Positions 10,631 to 20,073 of a stretch of 64,000 nt of DNA are shown one piece after another. The stretch's first letter is position 1. The number at the start of each line of letters is the position of its first letter. Below the pieces are notes generated by a model. The model was not told the DNA's origin and did no database searches. It saw nothing but the letters and a program-made list of their open reading frames with translations. Position numbers and translations under genes: made by a program. Source of the DNA: Ostreococcus lucimarinus (Eukaryota); assembly GCA_000092065.1 (NCBI GenBank), contig CP000581.1. One strand, written 5' to 3'.

Positions 10631-12586
10631 CTAGTGACGGAAGTGTCGATGACCGGTGGTGACGAGGGCGACGCCGTACTTGTTGCACACGTCCACGGCG
10701 TCTTGGTCGCGCATGGAACCGCCGGGATGGGCGATGGCTTTGATGCCGGCCTGACACGCGATCTCCACGGAATCGCCCCAAGCGAAAGGGAAGAAGGCGT
10801 CCGAGGCGAGAACGGCGCCCTGCGCCTCTTCGCCCGCCTTTTCGAGGGCGATGCGAACAGAGTTCACGCGGTTGGGCTGGCCGGAGCCCATGCCGAGAAG
10901 TCGACCGGTGGTGGCGACGGTGATGGCGTTGGACTTGACGTGCTTGACCGCGCGCCAGGCAAACTTCAAGGCTTCGAGTTGCTCTGGCGTGGGTTTGACG
11001 TCAGAGACGGCTTCAAACGTAATGTCCTCGGGCACGAGAGAGTCCGAGGCTTGCTCGAGCCAGCCACCGCCGACTTGTCGCAAGCTCTTCGTTGATCCCG
11101 TGCGCGGCTTGGTTTCCAAGATGCGCAGCGTCTTGGACTTACCCTTCAACACCTCCAAACCTTCGGGAGTGTAGGACGGAGCGATGACGATTTCATAAAA
11201 CATGCGCGTCTCGTCGTCGGTGGGAGAGCGGAACTCGCGAATTTCTCGCGCCATGTCCGCATCGACCGTACAGTTGAAGGCGACGATGCCACCGAACGCG
11301 GAGATCGGATCGGCGCGAACCGCCATGCGGTAAGCTTCGAGCAAATCGCCATTGGCGCCGCTCGCGCTCGCGATGCCGCACGGGTTGGTGTGCTTGACGA
11401 TGACGCACGTCGGATCGCTCGTCGGGTAATCGCACGCGCACCCGTACGCGGCGTCGGCATCGAGATAGTTGTTGTAACTCATTTCCTTGCCGTGATGCTG
11501 GATCGATCGCGCCACGCCCTCGCCCGTAGACTCGGCGAGCGAACCATCCGCGTATACCGCGGCGGGTTGGTGCGGGTTCTCCCCGTATCGCAGCGCCGCC
11601 GTGAGCGTCATCGGCACCGAAAGCTCGGGCGCTGGGGCACCCTCGCCGATTTGACTCCACAAGTATTCCGAAACCACGGAGTCGTACGAGGCGCAGTGTT
11701 GGAACGCCTTCCACGCCAACTCGCGCTTGAACTTCAAGTCGTCCGCCGCGCTCGGCGAACTCTTCAAATGTTCAATCAACTTTTCGTAATCGTTCGGATC
11801 GACGACGACGTACACGTGCGGGTGGTTCTTCGCCGCCGCCCGAATCATCGCCGGTCCACCGATATCGATGTTCTCCACGCACTGCGCGAAATCTCCTCCG
11901 CCCGCCACGGTTTCCCGAAACGGGTACAGGTTCACCGCCACGACGTCGATGGTATCGATCCCATGCTTCGCGATCGCCTCCATGTGCGACGCGTCCTCAC
12001 GTTTCGCCAGTATACCTCCGTGCACGCCCGGATGCAGCGTCTTCACGCGTCCATCGAGCATCTCAGGGAATCCCGTCACCGCGTCCACGCTCGTCACCGC
12101 CGTCCCGCTCGCCTCGATCGCCTTCGCGCTCCCGCCCGTGGACACGATTTCGTACCCCAATCCCGCCAGCCCTCTCGCGAGTTCGTTCATCTGGCTCTTA
12201 TCGCTCACGCTCACCAGCGCTCGCTTCGCGCTCGCGCGCGGGGCCACCGCGCGCGCGCGCCGCGTCGCCGTCACCGCCGCCGCGCGCCGTCCCATCGCGC
12301 GCGTTCGCGTCTCGCTCGAGCCCATCGACGCGAACCGCGCGCCGGGCGTCACCGCGAGCGCCACGGTGGTCGTCGTCGCCATCGTCCTCGTCCTCGTCGC
12401 GCCGCGCGTCCGTCGCGCGCCGTCGTCCGCCGTCGCGCGTCGTCGCCGGCGCGCGCGCCGGCGGTTTTCAAACACAATCGGACATCCGGGTATGCGTAGC
12501 AGTGTATACCCTAACGACGCGTTTATTCGCGCGCGATGACGCGCGATCACGTACGATGGGACGCTCGAACGCCATCGATGGCGCAC
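10631..12586 (-). CDS. purH: Bifunctional purine biosynthesis protein PurH/ATIC (AICAR transformylase / IMP cyclohydrolase). The ORF is N-terminally extended by the track. The probable start is the internal Met near 12382 (MATTTTVALAV...), followed by a transit-peptide-like region.
   Basis: 'ALVSVSDKS...GYEIVSTGGSAKAIE...RVKTLHPGVHGGILAKR' is the MGS-like IMPCH domain; the AICARFT domain follows through the C-terminus. Confidence 0.9.
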   Translation of the reverse strand: MRHRWRSSVPSYVIARHRARINASLGYTLLRIPGCPIVFENRRRARRRRRATADDGARRTRGATRTRTMATTTTVALAVTPGARFASMGSSETRTRAMGRRAAAVTATRRARAVAPRASAKRALVSVSDKSQMNELARGLAGLGYEIVSTGGSAKAIEASGTAVTSVDAVTGFPEMLDGRVKTLHPGVHGGILAKREDASHMEAIAKHGIDTIDVVAVNLYPFRETVAGGGDFAQCVENIDIGGPAMIRAAAKNHPHVYVVVDPNDYEKLIEHLKSSPSAADDLKFKRELAWKAFQHCASYDSVVSEYLWSQIGEGAPAPELSVPMTLTAALRYGENPHQPAAVYADGSLAESTGEGVARSIQHHGKEMSYNNYLDADAAYGCACDYPTSDPTCVIVKHTNPCGIASASGANGDLLEAYRMAVRADPISAFGGIVAFNCTVDADMAREIREFRSPTDDETRMFYEIVIAPSYTPEGLEVLKGKSKTLRILETKPRTGSTKSLRQVGGGWLEQASDSLVPEDITFEAVSDVKPTPEQLEALKFAWRAVKHVKSNAITVATTGRLLGMGSGQPNRVNSVRIALEKAGEEAQGAVLASDAFFPFAWGDSVEIACQAGIKAIAHPGGSMRDQDAVDVCNKYGVALVTTGHRHFRH

Positions 12587-13686
12587 CGATCGCGCGTCGC
12601 GCGTCGACCCGTTCGCGATTCGCGCGCGTCGCGCGACGCGCGCCGCGGAACGACGCGCGCGCGATTCGCGAGGCCGGGATCGGAGACGAACGCGAGACGA
12701 TCTCGACGCCGGCGCGCGCGATGACGCGCGCCGATGGACGTCGGCGACGCGCGCGAGGCGGGCGCGCGAGGCGGGCGCGGGCGACGCGCGTCCTGGGAAC
12801 GTGCGCGGTCGCCGCCGCGCGTCTCGCGCGCGCGGTGCCGGGTGCAGTGGCGTTTAGCAATTTGACGGCACTGCAGACGCGGGTGGACGATTGCGCGTCG
12901 ACGGACCCGACGTTCGCGACGTGCGTGGACAACGGCGTCGCAATCGGTTCTTGGGACGTCAGCCTGGTGACCTCAATGAGACAACTGTTCAAGGATAAGC
13001 AGTCGTTCAACGTCGATATCTCGGCGTGGAACGTGGGTCAGGTGACGGATATGTTTAACATGTTTTCGAACGCGATCTCGTTCAATCAAAACATCGGGGG
13101 TTGGGACGTGTCCTCGGTGACGCAGATGTATCAAATGTTTCACAACGCCACAGTATTCAACCAAGACATCAGCGGTTGGACCGTCGCCCAGGTGCAGGAC
13201 ATGGCATACATGTTCTCCGAAGCCAAGGCGTTCGACAAGGACATCACCAGTTGGAGTAATTATACTGGATCCGGTTCCCCCGTTTACGTGCAGATGTTTG
13301 TTGGCGCCACGGCGTGGAACGCGGCGTGGGGTCGACCCGGCGGCTTGCAGAACTTCGACGGACCAGCGAGCGTGTGGGCGGTCGACGGCACGTACACTCC
13401 ACCGCCACCACCACCGAGCCCACCACCGCCGAGTCCGCCGCCACCACCGAGCCCACCGCCGCCGAGCCCGCCGCCGGCGGACGTGCCCACGTACGGCATA
13501 GGCATCATGATGGGCGGCGGTCTGCTGTGCGTATTTTTCGGCTACAAGTACTACCGACGACGTCAAAAAGCGCGCGCGCCCGCCGTGAGCATCAAAGATC
13601 GCATGGATGAGGACGAAGAAGCCATGACTAAGTCGACGGTGGAATTCTTCGACAAGTTGGACAGCGGCCGCATCAAGTCGCCGTAA
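12502..13686 (+). CDS. BspA-type / DUF285 leucine-rich-repeat surface protein. It has a Pro-rich (PPPPSPPPP) stalk, one TM and a short cytoplasmic tail. The likely true start is the internal Met near 12721.
   Basis: Repeats 'FN.DIS.W.V..VT.M..MF..A..FNQ.I..W.VS' x5 (DUF285/mycoplasma-type). TM 'IMMGGGLLCVFFGYKYY'. Confidence 0.7.
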   Translation: MYTLTTRLFARDDARSRTMGRSNAIDGAPIARRASTRSRFARVARRAPRNDARAIREAGIGDERETISTPARAMTRADGRRRRARGGRARRARATRVLGTCAVAAARLARAVPGAVAFSNLTALQTRVDDCASTDPTFATCVDNGVAIGSWDVSLVTSMRQLFKDKQSFNVDISAWNVGQVTDMFNMFSNAISFNQNIGGWDVSSVTQMYQMFHNATVFNQDISGWTVAQVQDMAYMFSEAKAFDKDITSWSNYTGSGSPVYVQMFVGATAWNAAWGRPGGLQNFDGPASVWAVDGTYTPPPPPPSPPPPSPPPPPSPPPPSPPPADVPTYGIGIMMGGGLLCVFFGYKYYRRRQKARAPAVSIKDRMDEDEEAMTKSTVEFFDKLDSGRIKSP

Positions 13687-14450
13687 ACCTCGCCTTCGTC
13701 GCCGTCCTCCGCGACTTGACGTCGCGCGTTCGCTCGTGTAAATTATTGTACCCTTCATTGACACGCGTTCGCACGCGTACCATCGGTGCGCGCGCACAGA
13801 CCGCGCGGCTACGCGTCGCCGCGCCTCCGGCGTCGCCGCGAGACCGACCGACCGACCGCGACGGCGTCGAAAAATATCTTCGAAATCGCAACCAATCGAA
13901 TCGAGCCGCCGCGCGTGCCGCGTCAGCCGATTTTTACCACACATGGGCGAATCTTCGCTCGAATACGACAAAGGCCCCCCCCGACGCGCGTGCGGATAGG
14001 GCGTCGGTCGCGGCGCGCGCGCGGCACTTCGCGCCGACGCTTCGCGGCGTCCGTCGCGGCGCGCATGCTCCCCGCGGGCGCGCTCGCGCGCTCGATCGAA
14101 CGCGCGGATACGGACACGCGTCGATCGGCGAGCGATGCGCGCGGCGTCGACGCGAACGGCGACGGCGACGGCGACGACGCGCGCGAGGCGGTCGCCCGCG
14201 GCGGCGCGCGCGCGCGCGCGAACGGCGCGACGACGCCGCGCGCGATGGACACCGAGGTGCGTCGAGCGCGCGATCCGATGAGTATAATTACGACGCGCGA
14301 ATTTACGCGCCGCACGGGCCGCGACGGCGCGCGAGGCGCGCGAGGCGCGCGCGATTTCGCGTGCGTCTCCGCGACGGACGTTCGGCGGCGCGCCGACGCT
14401 TCGATGCGAGTGGGCGCGCGTCACGCGCGCGGCGATGGAGACGCGCGACG

Positions 14451-15353
14451 ATGGAGGCGCGCGACGATGGAGAAACGTTTCTTCGCGATGCGCGTTCGTG
14501 CGGGGACGCCGCGGCGCGCGAGACGAACGACGGGGGAGGTCGAGCGCGGGTGTGCTTGCCGCGGGTCGTTTCAAGCTTCGGCACTTTCGGGTGTGGGGAG
14601 AGGCGAAGAGGAGAAGAGAAGACGAGGAGACGCGCGAAGGCGCGCGCGAAGGCGACGGCATCGACTGACGTAAAATTATTTAAATCTTCCACGCAGGCGC
14701 TGAAGAGTCTGAATCCCGCGCACCTGAAGGCGCTGCTCGGACAAGAAGTGCTCATGACGCTGAGCGACGGGACGACGAGGCAGGGGACGGTGTACTCTCT
14801 GGATCCGGAGTCGTTCACCATCGTGCTCGCCACGGGAACGGACGGTGTGCGCGCGAATGGCTCGTTGCGAGACGATGCGTGCGTGATCGTGCCCGGGCAC
14901 GCGGTAAAGGCGGTGGAGGTTGTGGGGGGGAACGCGCTCGCGCTGGACGCGCTGAGTAAGACAAAGACAAACGGGAACGGGTGGATGACGAGCGGCGGTG
15001 AACAAGGAGACGCGATGACGAAGGCCATGAAGTCGATGAGTGCCTCGAGAACGAATTCTTGGGGGGCAAATAGCACGTACGCCGGCATGACGGCACTCCT
15101 GAAACCGAGCGCTGGGACGCAGTTGGAGAGAGTCAAGCGGTGCTTACGCGCCAACATGGTGCCTTTCACGGAACGTCCGGCGCCAGATGGGCCGGGTGAC
15201 GTCGAATTGCTCGTTCTTGGCTCGCTCGTCGTGAGTTACCCGTTCACCGCGGATTCCTGCGCGTGCCCGAACGAAATAGTTCTCGCGCGCGTGCGAGAAC
15301 TCATCACCGCCGGGTGCCCGGAAGTCGCCAACGGAGCGCAGAGCGTGGCGTAG
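14451..15353 (+). CDS. LSM12-like protein (Sm-like fold plus anticodon-binding-like domain). The start is uncertain. The N-terminal Arg-rich part of the track ORF (from 13716) is probably not coding.
   Basis: 'LLGQEVLMTLSDGTTRQGTVYSLDPESFTIVLATG' is Sm-like. 'VELLVLGSLVVSYPFTADSCACPNEIVLARVRELI' resembles the LSM12 AD-domain core. Confidence 0.4.
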   Translation: MEARDDGETFLRDARSCGDAAARETNDGGGRARVCLPRVVSSFGTFGCGERRRGEEKTRRRAKARAKATASTDVKLFKSSTQALKSLNPAHLKALLGQEVLMTLSDGTTRQGTVYSLDPESFTIVLATGTDGVRANGSLRDDACVIVPGHAVKAVEVVGGNALALDALSKTKTNGNGWMTSGGEQGDAMTKAMKSMSASRTNSWGANSTYAGMTALLKPSAGTQLERVKRCLRANMVPFTERPAPDGPGDVELLVLGSLVVSYPFTADSCACPNEIVLARVRELITAGCPEVANGAQSVA

Positions 15354-15552
15354 CCGAGACGAGAGGGAGAGACACGCACGCTTAAACACATTCAAACAGT
15401 AAGAGAGGGGAATAGAGCACATACATAGAGGATGGTTGTTTCTAGAGAGGAACAAATTCAACGTTCGATGACGAGTCCTAGCGGCGCGCAAATACATACT
15501 GCAATGCAAAATAGAAAATTTTAGAAACTGCTCTTGTTGATTGAAATAATCC

Positions 15553-16899
15553 CTAGTTGACGCCCGCTGCGACGCTCTCATCTTCGGCTCTCAAAGTATC
15601 GACGCCGCGTGCGAGTGCGGCGCCGAACTCGAGCGTTCGAGGACGTGCAGCCGGCTTTGGCGGCGCCTCTCTGTTCGCCGCGCACGCGAGAGAAAAAGCG
15701 CGATACGCATCGAGTAATCTTTGCGATGGCTTTGCCTGCGGAATGATCGGACGTTTGATCGCTCGGACGTACGTTTTCGCGAGTACCAACTCTAACTGTG
15801 CTTCCATTCTTTGCTTTCGCGCGACGGTTAACTTTCGAAGCGCGAGATCTTCCCTGGACGGCGTCTTTTCCTCCACCGGCGCGATGGCGCGCTTCTTCGT
15901 CGCGGCGGGGGTCTGGAAAGCCTTCACGACCGTCTTGGTGTCTTTTGCCACCGATTGCGCTGGCGGTGTCTTTCTCTTCTTCGCCGCCGGCGCGACCTCT
16001 GTCGGCGTCGCTTCCTTCTTCGCCGCGGCGCCGTTCGAGTCCCTGAGCACTCCGGCTCCGCTTCGCTTGACGCGTGCACCGATCTCGCGCTGCTCGATCG
16101 CTTTCTTTCTAGCGATGGGTTTGTTTTCCTTTTCAGCGACGTCGACGACCTCGATCGCCGTCGTCTGCACGGAGTTCGATCCGCGCGTCGTCCTCGCGCT
16201 CGTCCGCGTCGGTTTCTTCTCCGTCGGCGTCGCCGCGACGTCGTCCAAAGTCTTGGACAAAACGATCGGCGTCACCGCCGCCGCCTTGGAAGAACGTTCT
16301 CGACTTTTCGTCCCCGTCGTTTTCGTCACCGTCGTCGCGCTCGCTCGTTTCGTCTCCTTCTCCCGCGTCGTCTTCTCCCGCGGCTTCGTTCGCGCGTTCG
16401 CCCCCCCCTCGCCCTCTCTCGCGTCGTCCCCCCGCAGCGCCAGCGTGCGATCGAACGTCTTCATCTCAATTTTTTGCCCGCTCCCGATCGCGTTCGCCAC
16501 GCGCGCCGCGACGCCGTCCGCGACGACCTCTGAGAAATCCCGCAGCGCCGACGGCCCCGGCGCGTGTCGCCCCACGAGCGGGTCCCACGCCCACGGCGCC
16601 AGACTCGCCAGTTCCTTCTCCACCCTCGACCGTCGCTTCCCGCGCGTCGTCGACGTCGAGCTCGAATCCATCGTCGCCCGCGTCGTCGTCGTCGCGCGCG
16701 GCGCCGGCGTTCGCGGCTCCGCGTCGCGCGTCCCGCGTCGCGCGTCGCCCGTCGTCGCTCGCCCCTTCGCGTCGCGCGTCGTCGCGAGCGCGGGCGTCAT
16801 CGCGGAGCTCTCCGCCATCGCGCGCGCGAGCTGCTGTCGCTCCGTCAGTCTCGACATTTCACGTTCGTCGTCGTCGTGTGCCGCGTCGTTCGCGCTCAA
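15553..16899 (-). CDS. Hypothetical Lys/Ala/Thr-rich low-complexity (probably nuclear) protein. The first ATG is near 16857.
   Basis: Long ORF with K-rich basic repeats and a helical C-terminal region. No domain recognised. Confidence 0.4.
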   Translation of the reverse strand: MSANDAAHDDDEREMSRLTERQQLARAMAESSAMTPALATTRDAKGRATTGDARRGTRDAEPRTPAPRATTTTRATMDSSSTSTTRGKRRSRVEKELASLAPWAWDPLVGRHAPGPSALRDFSEVVADGVAARVANAIGSGQKIEMKTFDRTLALRGDDAREGEGGANARTKPREKTTREKETKRASATTVTKTTGTKSRERSSKAAAVTPIVLSKTLDDVAATPTEKKPTRTSARTTRGSNSVQTTAIEVVDVAEKENKPIARKKAIEQREIGARVKRSGAGVLRDSNGAAAKKEATPTEVAPAAKKRKTPPAQSVAKDTKTVVKAFQTPAATKKRAIAPVEEKTPSREDLALRKLTVARKQRMEAQLELVLAKTYVRAIKRPIIPQAKPSQRLLDAYRAFSLACAANREAPPKPAARPRTLEFGAALARGVDTLRAEDESVAAGVN

Positions 16900-17088
16900 A
16901 TGCGCGAACGCGTCGTCCGCGTCGTCGCGCGCGTTTGAATTCGAACGCGCGCGACGTCAATCGTCGGACGACCACTGAGGGCGGACCCGAGATGGCGCTA
17001 TGACGGATCCAAATACCACTAAAGCGGACCCAAACTACTTAAAGCGGACCCAAACGAGGTTACATATTTAACATTCTTTTTACAGTAG

Positions 17089-18888
17089 ATGGACAAAAAA
17101 CAGTATTTTTTCTCAATCGTCCGAACGGCCTCGCGCGCGCGAACGGTCGCGTGCTCGAGTCGCGATCGGTCGCGTGAAACACGCGCGTCGTGCACACGCC
17201 ACCAGTCGGGTCGCGACACCACGTCGTGCACACGCCACCAGTCGGGTCGCGACACCACGACCGTCGCGGCGACGCGCGGCGCGCGCGCGCGGCGACGCGC
17301 GACGATGGCGCGCGACGACGACGACGACGACGACGACCGGGCGTCGATCGCGCGCGCGAAGGCGGCGCTCGATGCGCTCGCGCGAGGCGAGCTGCGCGCG
17401 CGCGCGACGGCGACGGCGCGAGGCGCGCGCGCGGTGGCACACTTTGCGAAGACGCGGACGCGCGGCGGCGCGACGACGAGGACGAGGGACGACGGTGCGC
17501 GCGATGGAGGCGAGGGAATCGCGCCGAGGGCGCTGGTGTGCGTGTTCGAACGACCGCGACGCGCGCGGGACGAACGGGACGGGAGCGAGAGCGAGAGCGA
17601 GAGCGAGAGCGAGACGGCGGAGACGACGGCGGGCGCGGCGTACGGGACGCGAGTGGAAATTCGACGGTGGACGCGCGATTCGAACGTCGGGGGTGACGGT
17701 GACGGTGATCGCGACGATGACGCGATGGATGGCGATGGGACGATGGATTCAGACTCCGAGGACGCGTACGGGGGGTACTCGAGCAGTTCGAGCGAGGACG
17801 TCGTCAAGCGGATGAAACGTTTGCGAACTCGACCGCTGGGAACGTGCGAGAGGATCGCGTTGACGGATGACGATAAACCACACGTGGGGAGCATCAGAGC
17901 GTTTCGCGCCAGCGCGGATGGGAAGTGGTTCATCACCGCTGGGGACGATAAGTTGGTCAAACTGTGGAGCGTGGACGGTTGGCGATGCGCGCGCACGATT
18001 TGTGGCTCCAAGAAAATTTCGTCCGCGTGCTTCACGCCAGATTCCAAGCATTTCATATTCGCAGACAAGTTCGGCGAGGTACACGCGTGTGAGATAGGTT
18101 CAGATAAAGAGCCCGTGTTGATGTTGGGACATTGTTCGACAATCATCACCGACGTCGAGTGCGTCGAGGGCGGAGACCGCGGGTACTTGCTCACGGCGGA
18201 TCGAGAACACAAGACGCGCGTCAGCGTGCTTCCAAAGCCTGAAGACCGCACTCGCTTCAGCGGTTCGGCGCCAGAGATTCAATCGTTTTGCTACGGTCAC
18301 AGTGCATACGTGTCTTGCGTTCGACCGATTGTTCAGCCCGCGCGAAAGAAGAAGACTTGGAAGTCGACGAAGGATGTCTTTCTCACCGGCGGCGGCGACG
18401 CCTCGGTGCGCATGTGGGACGCGACGACGGGGAAAGAGACGGACCCACACGGCGCGATCGAGTTCCATCGGGGTGAAATCTGCGATATCGCCACTCGCGC
18501 GGAGGGAACACACGTCGCGGTGGCGATTGAAAACAAAAAGGCGCTCGCCGTCGTGCATCTCACCGAGTTTCGAGGCGTGCCGAAACTTTTCCTCGTCGGA
18601 TTCGGACCGGAGTGGACTGAATCACCGCAATCGATTAAATTTGATAGAAACATGGTTTTGTGGGGTACGGGCGTGCGCGCGAATGAGGATGGCTCTAATA
18701 CCGCCGTAATCATGCGCGAAGGTACCGTCGTCGACGGATTGGAGTTGACGCTGAGCGCGGAGGAGAGCTCGGGGACGACGCGTAACGCGCAGCTACGCAA
18801 GAGAGAGATCACAGATCAGGAGCGACATGAACGCAAGAAGAATCGGAAAGACATGCAGTTAAAGGCGGCGAACGTAGAAAAGAAGTGA
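17089..18888 (+). CDS. WDR4: tRNA (guanine-N7)-methyltransferase non-catalytic subunit WDR4/Trm82 (WD40). The likely ATG is near 17305, preceded by a poly-Asp N-terminal extension.
   Basis: WD repeats 'ITAGDDKLVKLWSV', 'FIFADKFGEVHACEI', 'LLTADREHKTRV', 'FLTGGGDASVRMWD'. The ADKFG(E/D)V motif is characteristic of Trm82/WDR4. Confidence 0.75.
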   Translation: MDKKQYFFSIVRTASRARTVACSSRDRSRETRASCTRHQSGRDTTSCTRHQSGRDTTTVAATRGARARRRATMARDDDDDDDDRASIARAKAALDALARGELRARATATARGARAVAHFAKTRTRGGATTRTRDDGARDGGEGIAPRALVCVFERPRRARDERDGSESESESESETAETTAGAAYGTRVEIRRWTRDSNVGGDGDGDRDDDAMDGDGTMDSDSEDAYGGYSSSSSEDVVKRMKRLRTRPLGTCERIALTDDDKPHVGSIRAFRASADGKWFITAGDDKLVKLWSVDGWRCARTICGSKKISSACFTPDSKHFIFADKFGEVHACEIGSDKEPVLMLGHCSTIITDVECVEGGDRGYLLTADREHKTRVSVLPKPEDRTRFSGSAPEIQSFCYGHSAYVSCVRPIVQPARKKKTWKSTKDVFLTGGGDASVRMWDATTGKETDPHGAIEFHRGEICDIATRAEGTHVAVAIENKKALAVVHLTEFRGVPKLFLVGFGPEWTESPQSIKFDRNMVLWGTGVRANEDGSNTAVIMREGTVVDGLELTLSAEESSGTTRNAQLRKREITDQERHERKKNRKDMQLKAANVEKK

Positions 18889-18925
18889 TGAAATAAAATA
18901 TATAATAACATCGTTTCGCGCATCT

Positions 18926-19939
18926 CTACGGAAATCGTTTAAACTTGGAAAAGTCTGGCTTGCGCCCTTCTAAGAACGCTCGTCGACCTTCGTTACCCTC
19001 TTCTGATTGATAAAATAGCAGCGTTGCGCTTCCACCGAGATCTTGAATGCCCGCTTGCCCGTCCTCGGCCGCATTCAATGCATTTTTACACAGTCGAATT
19101 GCCGTCGGCGAATTGCGCAAAATCTCTCGACACCACACCGCCGTCTCCGTCTCGAGTTCGGCTAAAGGTACCACCGTGTTCACCAATCCCATCTTCAACG
19201 CATCGCTCGCGTTGTATAAACGCGCTAAGAACCACATCTCTCTCGCCTTCTTTTGACCTATCAACCGCGCCATGTGCGTACTTCCGTAACCGGCGTCGAA
19301 CGATCCCACCTTTGGCCCCGTCTGGCCGAACACGGCGTTATCCGCGGCGATGGTCAGATCGCACACCATGTGCAGAATGTGTCCTCCTCCGACCGCGTAC
19401 CCCGCCACGCTCGCGATCACGGGTTTCGGCATCCTTCGTATCTGCATCTGTAAGTCCAACACATTCAATCTCGGCGTCTCCTCCGCTCCTCCCGCCTTGG
19501 CGTCGACGTATCCGCCGTCGCCCCTCGCGCTCTGATCGCCGCCGCTACAAAACGCCAGATCTCCCATCCCGCGCATCACCACGACCCCGATCGTCATATC
19601 ATCTCTCGCGTCGTCCATGCACCATCGCATCTCCTTCACCGTTCGCGGCGTGAACGCGTTTCTACGTTCGGGTCGATTTATGGTCACCCGCGCGATGCCC
19701 TCTGGAGACTTTTCATAAATCACGTCGCGCAATTCGTAATGCGACGCCACCGAGCGTTCATCCGCGCCCGGCGCGCACTTCACCCACGAAACGGGATCAC
19801 GACTGACGTCACCGTGCACGCGCTCGTACGAGCTCACGCGCGCGGCGTCGGCGCGGGCGTAGGTTTGTCGCGAGAAGCCGTCGTCGGCAGCCGTGACGTG
19901 ATTCGCAATTTGCGCCACGCGACGTCTCGCGTCGTCCAT
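18926..19939 (-). CDS. menB: 1,4-dihydroxy-2-naphthoyl-CoA synthase (MenB), phylloquinone pathway
   Basis: Crotonase-fold MenB signature '[13 protein letters not shown]...AFCSGGDQ...[40 protein letters not shown]'. N-terminal '[10 protein letters not shown]' is PTS2-like. Confidence 0.9.
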   Translation of the reverse strand: MDDARRRVAQIANHVTAADDGFSRQTYARADAARVSSYERVHGDVSRDPVSWVKCAPGADERSVASHYELRDVIYEKSPEGIARVTINRPERRNAFTPRTVKEMRWCMDDARDDMTIGVVVMRGMGDLAFCSGGDQSARGDGGYVDAKAGGAEETPRLNVLDLQMQIRRMPKPVIASVAGYAVGGGHILHMVCDLTIAADNAVFGQTGPKVGSFDAGYGSTHMARLIGQKKAREMWFLARLYNASDALKMGLVNTVVPLAELETETAVWCREILRNSPTAIRLCKNALNAAEDGQAGIQDLGGSATLLFYQSEEGNEGRRAFLEGRKPDFSKFKRFP

Positions 19940-20073
19940 CGCGGTCGCGCGCGCGGCGTGATTTATTATCCTCTCGCGACGCGCGCGACGACTCAGCGCG
20001 CGCGCGGAGCGACGATGAGTGTGGACGGACGCGAGGCGCGAAAGTGGATAAAGCGAGCGCGCTCGCGCGTGCG

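Noticed and set aside
12973-14661. 562-aa minus-strand ORF antisense to the DUF285 gene, plus similar long R/A-rich ORFs (696..1541, 1542..2282, 10011..10634, 16564..16938, 21185..22669, 22934..23752, 36022..36880, 58134..58998)
   Set aside because: These are extreme Arg/Ala/Ser low-complexity ORFs without domains, overlapping well-supported genes on the other strand. They are GC-composition artefacts.
14667-14693. 27-nt AT-rich island 'gtaaaattatttaaatcttccacgcag' with GT..AG ends inside the LSM12-like ORF, a possible mini-intron
   Set aside because: It is a multiple of three, in frame and stop-free, so it is not required for the reading frame. 27-nt introns are not expected for this kind of genome. 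There is no supporting evidence.
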